DNA of 64,000 nt from a virus. Lineage: Duplodnaviria > Caudoviricetes. The stretch lies in the IMG/VR virus record IMGVR_UViG_3300043021_000113. The stretch is one strand, 5' to 3'. The position numbers and the translations under genes are program-made. The notes below the pieces were generated by a model, which saw only the letters and a list, made by a program, of their open reading frames with translations, was not told the origin of the DNA and made no database searches. Shown here piece after piece: positions 1 to 8,592 of this stretch (position 1 is its first letter; each line of letters starts with the position of its first letter).

Positions 1-431
1 TTATACTTGAAATCTGCGGTATTAAGAAATACTTTAAGTCAATTTATAATATGGAAGGCCCAGAACGTGCAAGTATTGCAGAAGAAATGCAGGAAATCAT
101 GCACCAAGAAATGAAACATTGTCGCAAACTCGCAGATAGAATCTGCGAGCTAGGCGGCGAAGTTGATTGGGAGCATGACATGGTAGAAAAAATCCCATGT
201 CCTGAGAATAACTGTACTTATAAGCACTTAGAGTGCCACATGAAAATTGAAGAGCAATTAATGGATCTTTATTATGCGATCCTTGAATATACAGAAAACA
301 AAGACAACACGACTCATTATATAATTTCAAAAATTATGAATGACGAAGAGCGTCATTATGAAGAGCTAGAGAGTTTCAAAGAAGACATAGACCATATGAA
401 CAAACATGCTGCCGAACATTTAAAAAAGTAA
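1..431 (+). CDS. Ferritin-like / Dps-like (DPSL/bacterioferritin-type) diiron protein, probably 5'-truncated by the window edge
   Basis: Two ExxH motifs (QEMKH, DEERH) and LADRICELGG. The frame is open from base 3 (ILEICGIKKYFKSIYN) into M51, so the true start is likely upstream of the window. Confidence 0.8.
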   Translation, partial: ILEICGIKKYFKSIYNMEGPERASIAEEMQEIMHQEMKHCRKLADRICELGGEVDWEHDMVEKIPCPENNCTYKHLECHMKIEEQLMDLYYAILEYTENKDNTTHYIISKIMNDEERHYEELESFKEDIDHMNKHAAEHLKK

Positions 432-443
432 AACTTTTTAAAA

Positions 444-451
444 TATCTTTG
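444..451 (+). promoter_or_regulatory. Possible Bacteroidota -7 promoter element (TATCTTTG)
   Basis: Matches TAnnTTTG just upstream of ATG 458; no clean -33 TTTG. Confidence 0.35.
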
Positions 452-457
452 CAAATT

Positions 458-637
458 ATGAAAAATTATATTCAGGATTACACAGACGATGAGTTGTTCA
501 TGATTGATTTTTTGGTTAATTCACCAAAAAGCAGGGACAACAAAGAGCTTTGCCAAATTTTGAAAGATGCAAAGAAGGATATGCAAGCATTTTGCGAAAA
601 AGTAAATGATATACGCGATTTTTACGAATCAGTATAA
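458..637 (+). CDS. Small hypothetical protein (~59 aa)
   Basis: ORF 449..637; ATG at 458 preferred over TTG 449, which lies inside the -7 element; followed by a terminator. Confidence 0.6.
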   Translation: MKNYIQDYTDDELFMIDFLVNSPKSRDNKELCQILKDAKKDMQAFCEKVNDIRDFYESV

Positions 638-641
638 AATA

Positions 642-668
642 AAAAGGGAGCTAATGCTCCCTTTTCTT
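642..668 (+). terminator. Rho-independent terminator
   Basis: AAAAGGGAGC-TAAT-GCTCCCTTTT hairpin followed by T-rich tract. Confidence 0.85.
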
Positions 669-692
669 GTTTATTAAATAGTTAAAAGAAAA

Positions 693-724
693 TTTGCTTT
701 TTCGATTTTTATTTTCTACATTTG
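693..724 (+). promoter_or_regulatory. Bacteroidota sigma70-type promoter for the capsid operon
   Basis: TTTG (693-696) - N20 - TACATTTG (717-724), matching the -33/-7 consensus TTTG N19-21 TAnnTTTG. Confidence 0.75.
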
Positions 725-757
725 CAAAAAATAATAGGTTTTAAAAAGTAAAAGAAA

Positions 758-1741
758 ATGAATGATGATTTACTAAATGGTGTTGAAGATCAACAACAAA
801 TAGAGGATCAGTATTACGATCCTATGGAAGATTTTGATTCTTATTTGAAAGAATCGGGAAATTCTCATGAAATACAAGATCCCAACACAAATTCAAATGT
901 TGATGATTTGCTAGATTCTGATTCTAAGAATATATCTTACAATGAAGATCTAGTAAATGAAGTTTTAAAGTCAAAAGGTTTTGATCCAAACGCGATTAGA
1001 ATTGAAGATGAAGAAACAGGAGAAGAAACAACTGTCAAATTTGCTGATTTACCAATAGAAGAACAAAGGGAAATTCTAGGCTATGAAAACGACAATTCTC
1101 CTTATTATTCGGACGATGAGATAAGCGCTATTGATTATTTAAGAAAAAATAACATGTCGCTTGCTGATTTAGTCGAATATGTAAAGGAAGAAACAATCCG
1201 TGAAATGCAAAATCAATCTGAAAATCAAATTTTTTCTGTAGATGATGCAAGCGATGATGAGTTGTTTATATACGATTATATGGAAAAATACGAAGACGAT
1301 TATTCCGAACAAGAATTGTTGGATATATTAGAAAGAGCAAAAGCTGATGAGCAATTGTTCAATCGTCAAGTTGCGAAACTTCGTGAAAATTACAAACAAA
1401 GAGAAATCGAACAAAATAATTACAAGCAACAACAAGAAGCCGAAGCAACAAAACAAAGAGAAGAGCAATATTTCAATTCAGTTAGAGAATTTGCTTCTCA
1501 AGTAAACGAAATGCACGGTACAGTTGAACTTGACAACAAAGACAAAAACGAGATTCTCGATTACATGTTCAAAAAGAACATGGCTGGAAAATCAGGATTT
1601 GAAAAAGATTTTGAAGATCCACGCAATAAATATATGGCGGCATGGTATTTTAAACATGGTGACGAAGCTTTCCAAAGCCTACATAAATATTACAGAAGCG
1701 AAATAGCAAAACTTCAAAGACAGTTGAAATTAAGAAAATAA
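758..1741 (+). CDS. Acidic helical protein upstream of MCP (putative scaffolding/head-assembly protein)
   Basis: 327 aa, D/E-rich with a coiled-coil segment; position immediately before the MCP as in crAss-like capsid modules. Confidence 0.6.
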   Translation: MNDDLLNGVEDQQQIEDQYYDPMEDFDSYLKESGNSHEIQDPNTNSNVDDLLDSDSKNISYNEDLVNEVLKSKGFDPNAIRIEDEETGEETTVKFADLPIEEQREILGYENDNSPYYSDDEISAIDYLRKNNMSLADLVEYVKEETIREMQNQSENQIFSVDDASDDELFIYDYMEKYEDDYSEQELLDILERAKADEQLFNRQVAKLRENYKQREIEQNNYKQQQEAEATKQREEQYFNSVREFASQVNEMHGTVELDNKDKNEILDYMFKKNMAGKSGFEKDFEDPRNKYMAAWYFKHGDEAFQSLHKYYRSEIAKLQRQLKLRK

Positions 1742-1820
1742 CTCACACTCACAAATACTAATACCACTCAACAATTAATCTAAAACTTGATAAAACAAGT
1801 TTAAAATTTAATTTGAATTT

Positions 1821-2369
1821 ATGTTAATTGCTAATTTCACGACAGAAAAAGCAAACATGTCCGCTACGAGAACGTATGAAGATTTTTCAACATTCTTGGG
1901 TGTTCGCCCAGAACGTATCGGTCTTGCTGCTTCTCTGTACAAAGACCTTACTGCATCAGCATTAACTGAGCAGCTAATGAATGTTTATTACAACAAAAAA
2001 GAGGGAACGAAATTTCAGCCTATTAATTCTTTAATGTTCGAATGGGAAATTGACACTTCTTATATTGAAAGAATAAAATTTACTGAAGTTCCAGAAAAAA
2101 TCGCAGGGCAAGAGTACCTATGCCACTTTGAAAAACGCTATTATGAAAGAATGGATACGTTCATTATTGAGTATAGCCGCCAAACAATGATTGTGCTTTC
2201 TGTTCCTACTAGATGTTCGGATGGTTCTTGGGAATATCATTGCCAATTGATCTCTTCTGATTATCACCAAGAGCTTGATACTAAGTATACACAGCCAGGA
2301 TGCGATACTCGTTGGATGTCTAACTACCACCCAGAACTTTCTAAAGAAGGTTACACGAAGTTCCAGAGT
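1821..2369 (+). CDS. Major capsid protein exon 1; join(1821..2369,3668..3949,4215..4764,5033..5061) = 469 aa
   Basis: crAss-like MCP N-terminus (TRTYEDF..FLG..P); exon ends GYTKFQS at U2369, which pairs with intron G2381 in P1. Confidence 0.85.
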
Positions 2370-3667
2370 AAAGAAATATTGCTCCTTGTAGCCTAAAGGC
2401 TACCCGAAAAAGCTATTAAATTGCTGGGAAACACGCATGATTGAGCGTGCAATCAGCAGCAAAGATTGGGATTGTGCAAGAGTTTTTACTAAGCACCCAA
2501 TAATGTTCAACGACTAGGGCGGGAGCCCGTACATATTAATTTATGGAAAAAGTAGCTAACTTTAAATTCATTGTATATCAAACAATGAATATTGTTAATG
2601 GTAAAATTTATATAGGCGTTCATAAAACAATTAATCCAGATATATTCGATGGTTACATTGGAAATGGAATTATTGTTACTTGCCCGTCATCTTATAATAA
2701 ACCAAAAACAGCGCTGCAATATGCAGTTAATAAATATGGAACCAAAAATTTTAAAAGATCAACTTTAAAAATTTTTAATACTCCTGAAGAAGCTTATGAA
2801 TTAGAAAGTCAATTAGTAACTCAAGAATTCATAAATCGACCTGACACATACAATATGAAAATTGGTGGAACAGGTGGTTGTTCTTATTATGTAAAAGTTT
2901 ATCAGTTCGAAGAATCTGGCAAATTAATTAAAGAATGGCCAAGTATTTCTGATGCTGCAAATTTTATGAGAGTTACAGATTCATCAATTAGACGAGCTTT
3001 TGAAACCAAGGGTTCTTGTAAAGGTTATTTTTGGAGTCTTAATGACAAGATAAAACCAGAAGAACACATAATGTATAAAGGTCAGTATTGTTATCAATAT
3101 GATAAAAACGGCAAGCTTGTAGATGCTTTTGAAAGTATACATAAAGCCGCTAATATCACAGGAATTCATAAATCTGTAATACAACGAGCCGTAAAAGCTG
3201 GATATAAAGTTAAAGATTATTATTTCGATATTAAGCTTCATGAAAATTATCAAGGCCAAAAAAAAATATCACTTAAAAAGAAAAGTATTTTTATATACAA
3301 TCTTCAAGGTGAATATTTAACAGAGTTAAAAAATGCTGATGAAATCTGTAAGTATTTTAATATTAAAAGCACTTGGCCAATAACTTCTTCAATAAGATGC
3401 AAGAGACCTTATAAAGACTGGCAGATTTCTTTAGAAAAAGTTGATAAATTACTTCCTATATTTAGTAAAAGAAATATTAGCAAGCCAATCTTGCAATATG
3501 ACAACAAGGGAGTATTTATTAGAGAATTTAAAAGCACTACTGAAGCTGTTAATCTTTATGGTACTGGAGTTCAAAAAGTTTTAAAAGGTCAACAAAAAGA
3601 GACAAAAGGTTACATATTTAAATACAAAGAAGTTAATGATATAGTCTGAAAATCATTATGATTTTTG
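2370..3667 (+). mobile_element. Group I intron 1 in MCP (1298 nt, IA2-like) carrying a homing endonuclease
   Basis: P AATTGCTGGGAA (~2419), Q AATCAGCAGC (2451), R GTTCAACGACTA (~2505), S GATATAGTCT (~3638); P1 GAGU/GCUC with U.G; terminal G3667; splicing gives in-frame FQS|NLERHRNYI. Confidence 0.9.
2543..3649 (+). CDS. Intron-encoded GIY-YIG homing endonuclease with ~4 NUMOD1-type repeats
   Basis: IVYQTMNIVNGKIYIGVH, AYELE..LV, YNMKIGG; repeats VYQF..GKLIKEWPSISDAA, CYQYDKNGKLVDAFESIHKAA, IFIYNLQGEYL, ILQYDNKGVFIREFKS. Confidence 0.9.
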   Translation: MEKVANFKFIVYQTMNIVNGKIYIGVHKTINPDIFDGYIGNGIIVTCPSSYNKPKTALQYAVNKYGTKNFKRSTLKIFNTPEEAYELESQLVTQEFINRPDTYNMKIGGTGGCSYYVKVYQFEESGKLIKEWPSISDAANFMRVTDSSIRRAFETKGSCKGYFWSLNDKIKPEEHIMYKGQYCYQYDKNGKLVDAFESIHKAANITGIHKSVIQRAVKAGYKVKDYYFDIKLHENYQGQKKISLKKKSIFIYNLQGEYLTELKNADEICKYFNIKSTWPITSSIRCKRPYKDWQISLEKVDKLLPIFSKRNISKPILQYDNKGVFIREFKSTTEAVNLYGTGVQKVLKGQQKETKGYIFKYKEVNDIV

Positions 3668-3949
3668 AATTTAGAACGTCATCGAAATTACATTTCCAAA
3701 CATCGTGCAGATGCTAGTCGTTCTGCTCTTTATGGTGCAATGGAAGACACTTTCGTTTCTATTTCTAAGAAAGACGGAACAGGTAATGATAAACAAGCAA
3801 TCTTTAGATTCCCACAACAAGAGAAATTAGTTCTTGATACATTCATGCAGGCACGCAATAATTCATTATTATTTGGTAAATGCAATTTTGACAAGAACGG
3901 AAAATGTATGGTACACGACCCAGAAGATGGTCAACCAATTCCAATGGGT
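3668..3949 (+). CDS. Major capsid protein exon 2
   Basis: NLERHRNYI...GQPIPMG; begins after omega-G3667 and ends at U3949. Confidence 0.85.
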
Positions 3950-4214
3950 AAATTTTTCATTGCCCACCTCAGCTGTAAAGCTGTTGCTTAAATCTGGTGA
4001 ATTGCTGGAAGGCCTTCATAAATTCGGTTAATCAGCAGCCAAGCCATTTAGGAATAAATGGAAGGTTCAACGCATAGGTTATACGATCCAGAACGGATCA
4101 TGAAAACCCACGAGTGCCAGACCCTTTAATTTAAAGGTGATGATATATGCTAAACTTACAGGATGACAAACTGTAAGATGTATAAGATAAAAAGCTTATA
4201 CGATAATATAATTG
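3950..4214 (+). ncRNA. Group I intron 2 in MCP (265 nt, ORF-less)
   Basis: P1 UGGGU/GCCCA (U3949.G3962); P10 GAUGGAA/UUUCAUU; P AATTGCTGGAA; Q AATCAGCAGCC; P7 GCAUA(4072)/UAUGC(4146); terminal G4214; splice gives PMG|DGIISQVERF. Confidence 0.9.
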
Positions 4215-4764
4215 GATGGAATAATTTCTCAAGTTGAAAGATTCGCTAATCAAACGGTTTATTCTAAACTAACAACTGATATTTTCGATCGTTTAATGGA
4301 TCAGATGTCAGAGAAGGCAGAGAAGATGTTTGGGAATAAATTCATTTTTGTGGTCAACAAGACCCTTTGGTATCAAATCCAGAGTACTTTACGCGAATAT
4401 TTGAGAGATTGGCAGACAGTAGGAACATTCTTATTCTCTCAAAAAGCAGGTGGTGACGTTGAAGTTGGCACCAAATATGATACATATTCATTCGCTGGTA
4501 ATACAATAACATTTATGGTTGATAAAGCACTTTCTATTGAATATCCTACTAAAGGTTATGGATTGTGCTTGGATTTATCAGCTGATGCAACAACTGGAAG
4601 ACCTGCAATCTCTATGATGACTCTAAAAGGCCAAGAGTTCATAACTGCATTCCAAAAAGGAATCGGTGGAAAATCTGGTAAAGAATCAGGAGAAGTGTCT
4701 AGCTGGTCTGAAGCTTCAAGATGGACTAACCTAGGATGGTCAGGCGTATTGGTTGCGTGTCCGT
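4215..4764 (+). CDS. Major capsid protein exon 3
   Basis: DGIISQVERFAN...GWSGVLVACP plus one base (U4764). Confidence 0.85.
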
Positions 4765-5032
4765 AAAATAAATGCGGCTATAAATAACAATATTTATAGA
4801 AAACTCGGTGAAAACGGGGAAAATCTGGAGACAGACAATCCCGTCGAAAGCGCTGGAAGTGCAAAAGTACAGCGAATCGCTAACGACTAATAGGTGAGCA
4901 GCACAAGCAATAATCCTAACACGAGTGCCGAGCAACTTTATTAAAAGTTGATGATATAGTCTGAACTGTAGAAATAATCTAAAATGAAACTACAGAAGTT
5001 AAGAATAAATAATCTTAACGATAACAAAATTG
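4765..5032 (+). ncRNA. Group I intron 3 in MCP (268 nt, ORF-less)
   Basis: P1 CCGU/GCGG (U4764.G4774); P3 CUCGGU/GCCGAG; P4 ACGGG/CCCGU; R TAACGACTA; S GATGATATAGTCT; terminal G5032; splice gives ACP-Y(T|AT)-RSHIIREA*. Confidence 0.88.
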
Positions 5033-5061
5033 ATCGCAGCCACATTATACGTGAAGCTTAA
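5033..5061 (+). CDS. Major capsid protein exon 4 (29 nt, C-terminus YRSHIIREA*)
   Basis: Restores a crAss-MCP-like C-terminal PYRS motif; TAA at 5059-5061, followed by a hairpin. Confidence 0.8.
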
Positions 5062-5087
5062 TATTGAGATATAATAAAAATTTATAT

Positions 5088-5122
5088 GGCAGAGTAACTT
5101 TGAAATTACTCTGCCTTAATTT
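5088..5122 (+). terminator. Hairpin / weak terminator after MCP
   Basis: GGCAGAGTAA-N8-TTACTCTGCC perfect 10-bp stem, short T-rich tail. Confidence 0.6.
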
Positions 5123-5127
5123 GGACA

Positions 5128-6060
5128 ATGACAATGAATATTGATGATAAAATAATTATAAGGTCAGTGTTTAAGATTACTAAAGCATCTTTGACACCAT
5201 GTAAAATTCCTGGAACTAATAATTATGATCCATGTGTTCGAAAAGTTGACAAGAACAATAACATGATTCTTTCTAGAGAAGACAAAGATTCAGGAAAAAC
5301 TTTTATTAGTGAAACGGAACTTATAGAAATATATGATGGCAAAGTTTTTGACCTTTCAATTGAAGAAGATGCTAACAAATGGAATGCTATTAAATACCAC
5401 AAATGCATTGCTAAAGATCGTGACGAGCGCGACGAAGAGGGCAATTTAATTATTGATGGTAACCAATATAAATACGGCACCGCTAATTGGTACATTGAAG
5501 TTCCCGGTCGTGAGACTAGTAACAAAAATAAATCAAGAAGGCTTAAAATTGAAGCTCAGAATTACATTATAAATGACAGTCCACATGATCGCTTACAAAA
5601 AGCCAAAGTTCTTGGAAAACCAACTAGACATGCCCACGATTCAGACATTGAAGATTTTTTGATGTCTGAAGCAGAGAAAGACCCTAAAAAAATAATTAAT
5701 CTTTACACATCAGGAGATATGGCTTTAAGGCTATTGTTAATTGAACTTAAAGACAAGCACATTATCAAGTTTATTGATAAAATGTGGATGTATGGTGATA
5801 TTATTTTAGGGACAAATGATGAATCAGTAATAAGTTACATGAAACAACCAGCAAATAAACGTTCTGTTGATTTAATGAAACGTGAAGCGTTTCCTGAGTA
5901 TTTCATGCAAAAAGAAATAATGAAGGCAGAAATGGAAAGAAGAGGTGTTAAACCGAAGATTGAATCTGAATCTGAATCTAAGGTTGAACCTGAACCTGAG
6001 CCTGAAAATGAAACTGTAGAAATTACAGTTGAAAAACCAAAAACTAAACCTAAAAAATAA
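5128..6060 (+). CDS. Conserved crAss-like protein downstream of MCP
   Basis: 310 aa; position in capsid module; low-complexity ES/EP C-terminal tail. Confidence 0.6.
   Translation: MTMNIDDKIIIRSVFKITKASLTPCKIPGTNNYDPCVRKVDKNNNMILSREDKDSGKTFISETELIEIYDGKVFDLSIEEDANKWNAIKYHKCIAKDRDERDEEGNLIIDGNQYKYGTANWYIEVPGRETSNKNKSRRLKIEAQNYIINDSPHDRLQKAKVLGKPTRHAHDSDIEDFLMSEAEKDPKKIINLYTSGDMALRLLLIELKDKHIIKFIDKMWMYGDIILGTNDESVISYMKQPANKRSVDLMKREAFPEYFMQKEIMKAEMERRGVKPKIESESESKVEPEPEPENETVEITVEKPKTKPKK
5962..6006 (+). repeat. Hexamer tandem repeats (GAATCT)3 and (GAACCT)-like encoding ESESES/EPEPEP
   Basis: Seen directly in sequence. Confidence 0.7.
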
Positions 6061-6069
6061 TAATTCAAA

Positions 6070-6963
6070 ATGACAGCAAGGCAAATTTTTGAAGCCATTT
6101 TGGTGGAAATGAACAAGGCGGAAGCGCCAAGCTTACTTCTTGAAGATTTTGTTTATTTTTTAAATAAAACAATAAATAATTATATAAACAAAAGATACGC
6201 AGTTTATGATCGTACACAGCAAACAACGGATGATTTAAGAGTGTTGAAAGCAACAGCTATTCTTTCCGTATATAAACAGGAAAACAAAACTAATAATTCT
6301 CCTCTTTATAAAGCTATTTATACTGCGAATTTGCCCTCTGATTATCTCCATCTTATAAATTGTGTGTGTGAATATAAAGCTAAAAAAACGATTAATTGTA
6401 ATGAAAATTCAAATGTTTTTTATGCTGCACAACGTTTAACTGGTGATCTATGGAGTCAAATTTTAAATAATTATTATATGCGCCCAACTTATAAGCGCCC
6501 TTATTTTTATATAAATAATACTAATACTTCGGAAACTTTACCTACTAACCCTTACACTGGGGAAACTGGAACTGATCCAACATTAGAAAAAGCTTTTAAT
6601 AGAACAGTTCAATTTGAATCTTCCGAAGTGTCGATAGTAAAACATGAAAAAGGTGTAAGATATGGTAACGTTTCTCCTGTAATAATTGAGATTCGTTATG
6701 GTGCAGATGATAAAGCTTTTGAGTTGTTAAATATACATATTGATTACATAAAAACTCCTCAATATGTAACATTAACTCAAAATGAAATTGACGAATTAGA
6801 AGATAATAGCCAAATTTTAGAATTTCCAGATAATGTTTGTTATGAAATTATCCGAGAGTTAACGGCTATTCTTTTAGAAAACACAAGTGATCCAAGACTT
6901 CAAACTCACATACCAATTAATCAGTCGATAATTGATCTTCAAACTCAACAATCGGCGAGATAA
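6070..6963 (+). CDS. Putative head-tail ring/connector protein
   Basis: 297 aa; LPSDYLH, IDYIKTP, LEFPDNVCYEI motifs typical of crAss ring proteins; synteny. Confidence 0.6.
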   Translation: MTARQIFEAILVEMNKAEAPSLLLEDFVYFLNKTINNYINKRYAVYDRTQQTTDDLRVLKATAILSVYKQENKTNNSPLYKAIYTANLPSDYLHLINCVCEYKAKKTINCNENSNVFYAAQRLTGDLWSQILNNYYMRPTYKRPYFYINNTNTSETLPTNPYTGETGTDPTLEKAFNRTVQFESSEVSIVKHEKGVRYGNVSPVIIEIRYGADDKAFELLNIHIDYIKTPQYVTLTQNEIDELEDNSQILEFPDNVCYEIIRELTAILLENTSDPRLQTHIPINQSIIDLQTQQSAR

Positions 6964-6987
6964 ATTAATTTTAAAAATTTTTAAAAA

Positions 6988-7863
6988 ATGCTTGAATATA
7001 TAAGAAATTTTGTGATCAATGAGGATGTTGAAGCAGAATTCAACGAAGAAAAAGGCCTTATTGATGTAAAAGGTGTTGCTGTTTATAAAGTAGGCAAAGA
7101 CAAGACAGGTCTTGATCATATTTGCAATTTTGAAACAGAAAGTTACAGAGAAGGAAAAGCTCCTGAACTAGAAGTTGGTTTTGCTTCTGGAGATGGTGAC
7201 AAATTGCTTGAGATCCGCGTTGGTCTTCATAGAGACGTTGAGGCTTCTTACGCAAATTATTTCCAAATGCGCCTAGAACGTCCATTTGTATTTGAATTTC
7301 CTGCAGCTTATACTACACAGGAAATGGTGGATCTTATAAATGAAATTATGAGTATTTCTGACCACAAAGTATTTAATGCTTCTGTTTCTGGTGATAAGAT
7401 CAAAATTTCTGGAGTTCTTGGTACTCAAACTTTGAAAGCTAAAACAGCAATAAATAATGGTGAAATTTTCTCTCATGAAAGACAATGGGTAAACATGGAA
7501 GAGTTCGGCTTGGTTCTTGGAGAAAGACCATTTGGAACTTATGAGAATTTGCTTCATGATTTGAGACTTCCAACAATTGAGAATTTCAATTATTTTTCAC
7601 CTAATAAGTATGAAATGCCAATTCCAGGTAAGAAATATGATCTATACGTGTTTGACTATAATTCAGGTCTAACGCATCGTTCAGCTGGAATTGTTGGTTC
7701 AAGATTTAATATTTTTGCAACTCATAAATTCTGGGTAGCAAATGATCTTGGCGAAGATTCAACAATTAAAAAGGTATTAAATGCCCTTAAAGCTAATACA
7801 GCAAACTTTACTAATGCTGTATCTACTCATGCAGAAACTGAGCATGAAGAGGTAGAAGATTAA
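6988..7863 (+). CDS. Virion structural protein (possibly auxiliary capsid protein)
   Basis: 291 aa; sits between ring genes and is followed by a terminator; assignment by synteny only. Confidence 0.45.
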   Translation: MLEYIRNFVINEDVEAEFNEEKGLIDVKGVAVYKVGKDKTGLDHICNFETESYREGKAPELEVGFASGDGDKLLEIRVGLHRDVEASYANYFQMRLERPFVFEFPAAYTTQEMVDLINEIMSISDHKVFNASVSGDKIKISGVLGTQTLKAKTAINNGEIFSHERQWVNMEEFGLVLGERPFGTYENLLHDLRLPTIENFNYFSPNKYEMPIPGKKYDLYVFDYNSGLTHRSAGIVGSRFNIFATHKFWVANDLGEDSTIKKVLNALKANTANFTNAVSTHAETEHEEVED

Positions 7864-7881
7864 AAAATTAATTATTCAATA

Positions 7882-7922
7882 AAAGGCGATTGGCAGCTTT
7901 TGCCTTTCGCCTTTATTTATTT
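7882..7922 (+). terminator. Rho-independent terminator
   Basis: AAAGGCGA..GGCA/TGCC..TCGCCTTT stem followed by ATTTATTT. Confidence 0.7.
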
Positions 7923-7930
7923 AAACATAA

Positions 7931-8590
7931 ATGACACTTGAACAATTAACAAGCGCAATTTATAATAACTTAGTTGCTGGACAACAAGGAAGCAAATTTC
8001 TTCCTCTAATTTCTCTTGAACAAATAGAAGATGATATAATAGATGAACGATTGCTTATATTAAAAGAATATGGAGCAAAGAACATGCTTCCTAAAAGAGA
8101 TTTATTAATGAGCATTAATTGTATAGAGCTTGATTGTAAAAGTCTTGATAAATGCCCTTGTGATAAATCTTACACAAAACCATTACAACATTTCGAAATT
8201 CCACAGTTATTAAATGATTTTGGAGAAGACGCAATCGAATTTATAGGATCAGTTGATCGTGAGGTTCAATTTGTAACTTACACTTCTACTAGCTATCAAA
8301 TGCATAAATACAAGCGCAGAGGAGCTAATAAACCTTATGTTTACATAGACACAACACCCAACGAAAACAACTTCTATGATTGCTGGGTGTTTAATTCTCC
8401 ATTATTAAAGCGCCTTTCGGTAATAGCTATCTTTAAAGATCCACGACAGCTCTTACAATATAACTGTTGCAATGACGAACACACAATAAATTTTAATTTT
8501 ATAGATAATGAAATAAAACGTAGATTATCTGAAAAATATTTAAGATATTATAGCAGAGTTCCTGTTCAAGCACAAATAGAAACTAAATAA
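7931..8590 (+). CDS. Putative ring/tail structural protein
   Basis: 219 aa; AIFKDP motif near the C-terminus; synteny in the crAss tail module. Confidence 0.55.
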   Translation: MTLEQLTSAIYNNLVAGQQGSKFLPLISLEQIEDDIIDERLLILKEYGAKNMLPKRDLLMSINCIELDCKSLDKCPCDKSYTKPLQHFEIPQLLNDFGEDAIEFIGSVDREVQFVTYTSTSYQMHKYKRRGANKPYVYIDTTPNENNFYDCWVFNSPLLKRLSVIAIFKDPRQLLQYNCCNDEHTINFNFIDNEIKRRLSEKYLRYYSRVPVQAQIETK

Positions 8591-8592
8591 TA

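Noticed and set aside
1741-1775. ACTCAC/ACTCA short repeats before the MCP gene
   Set aside because: Too short and irregular to support a regulatory or repeat call.
3834-4031. Alternative-frame 65-aa ORF
   Set aside because: Overlaps MCP exon 2 and intron 2; no independent signals.
4726-4935. Minus-strand 69-aa ORF
   Set aside because: Antisense to intron 3 core; explained by the ribozyme sequence.
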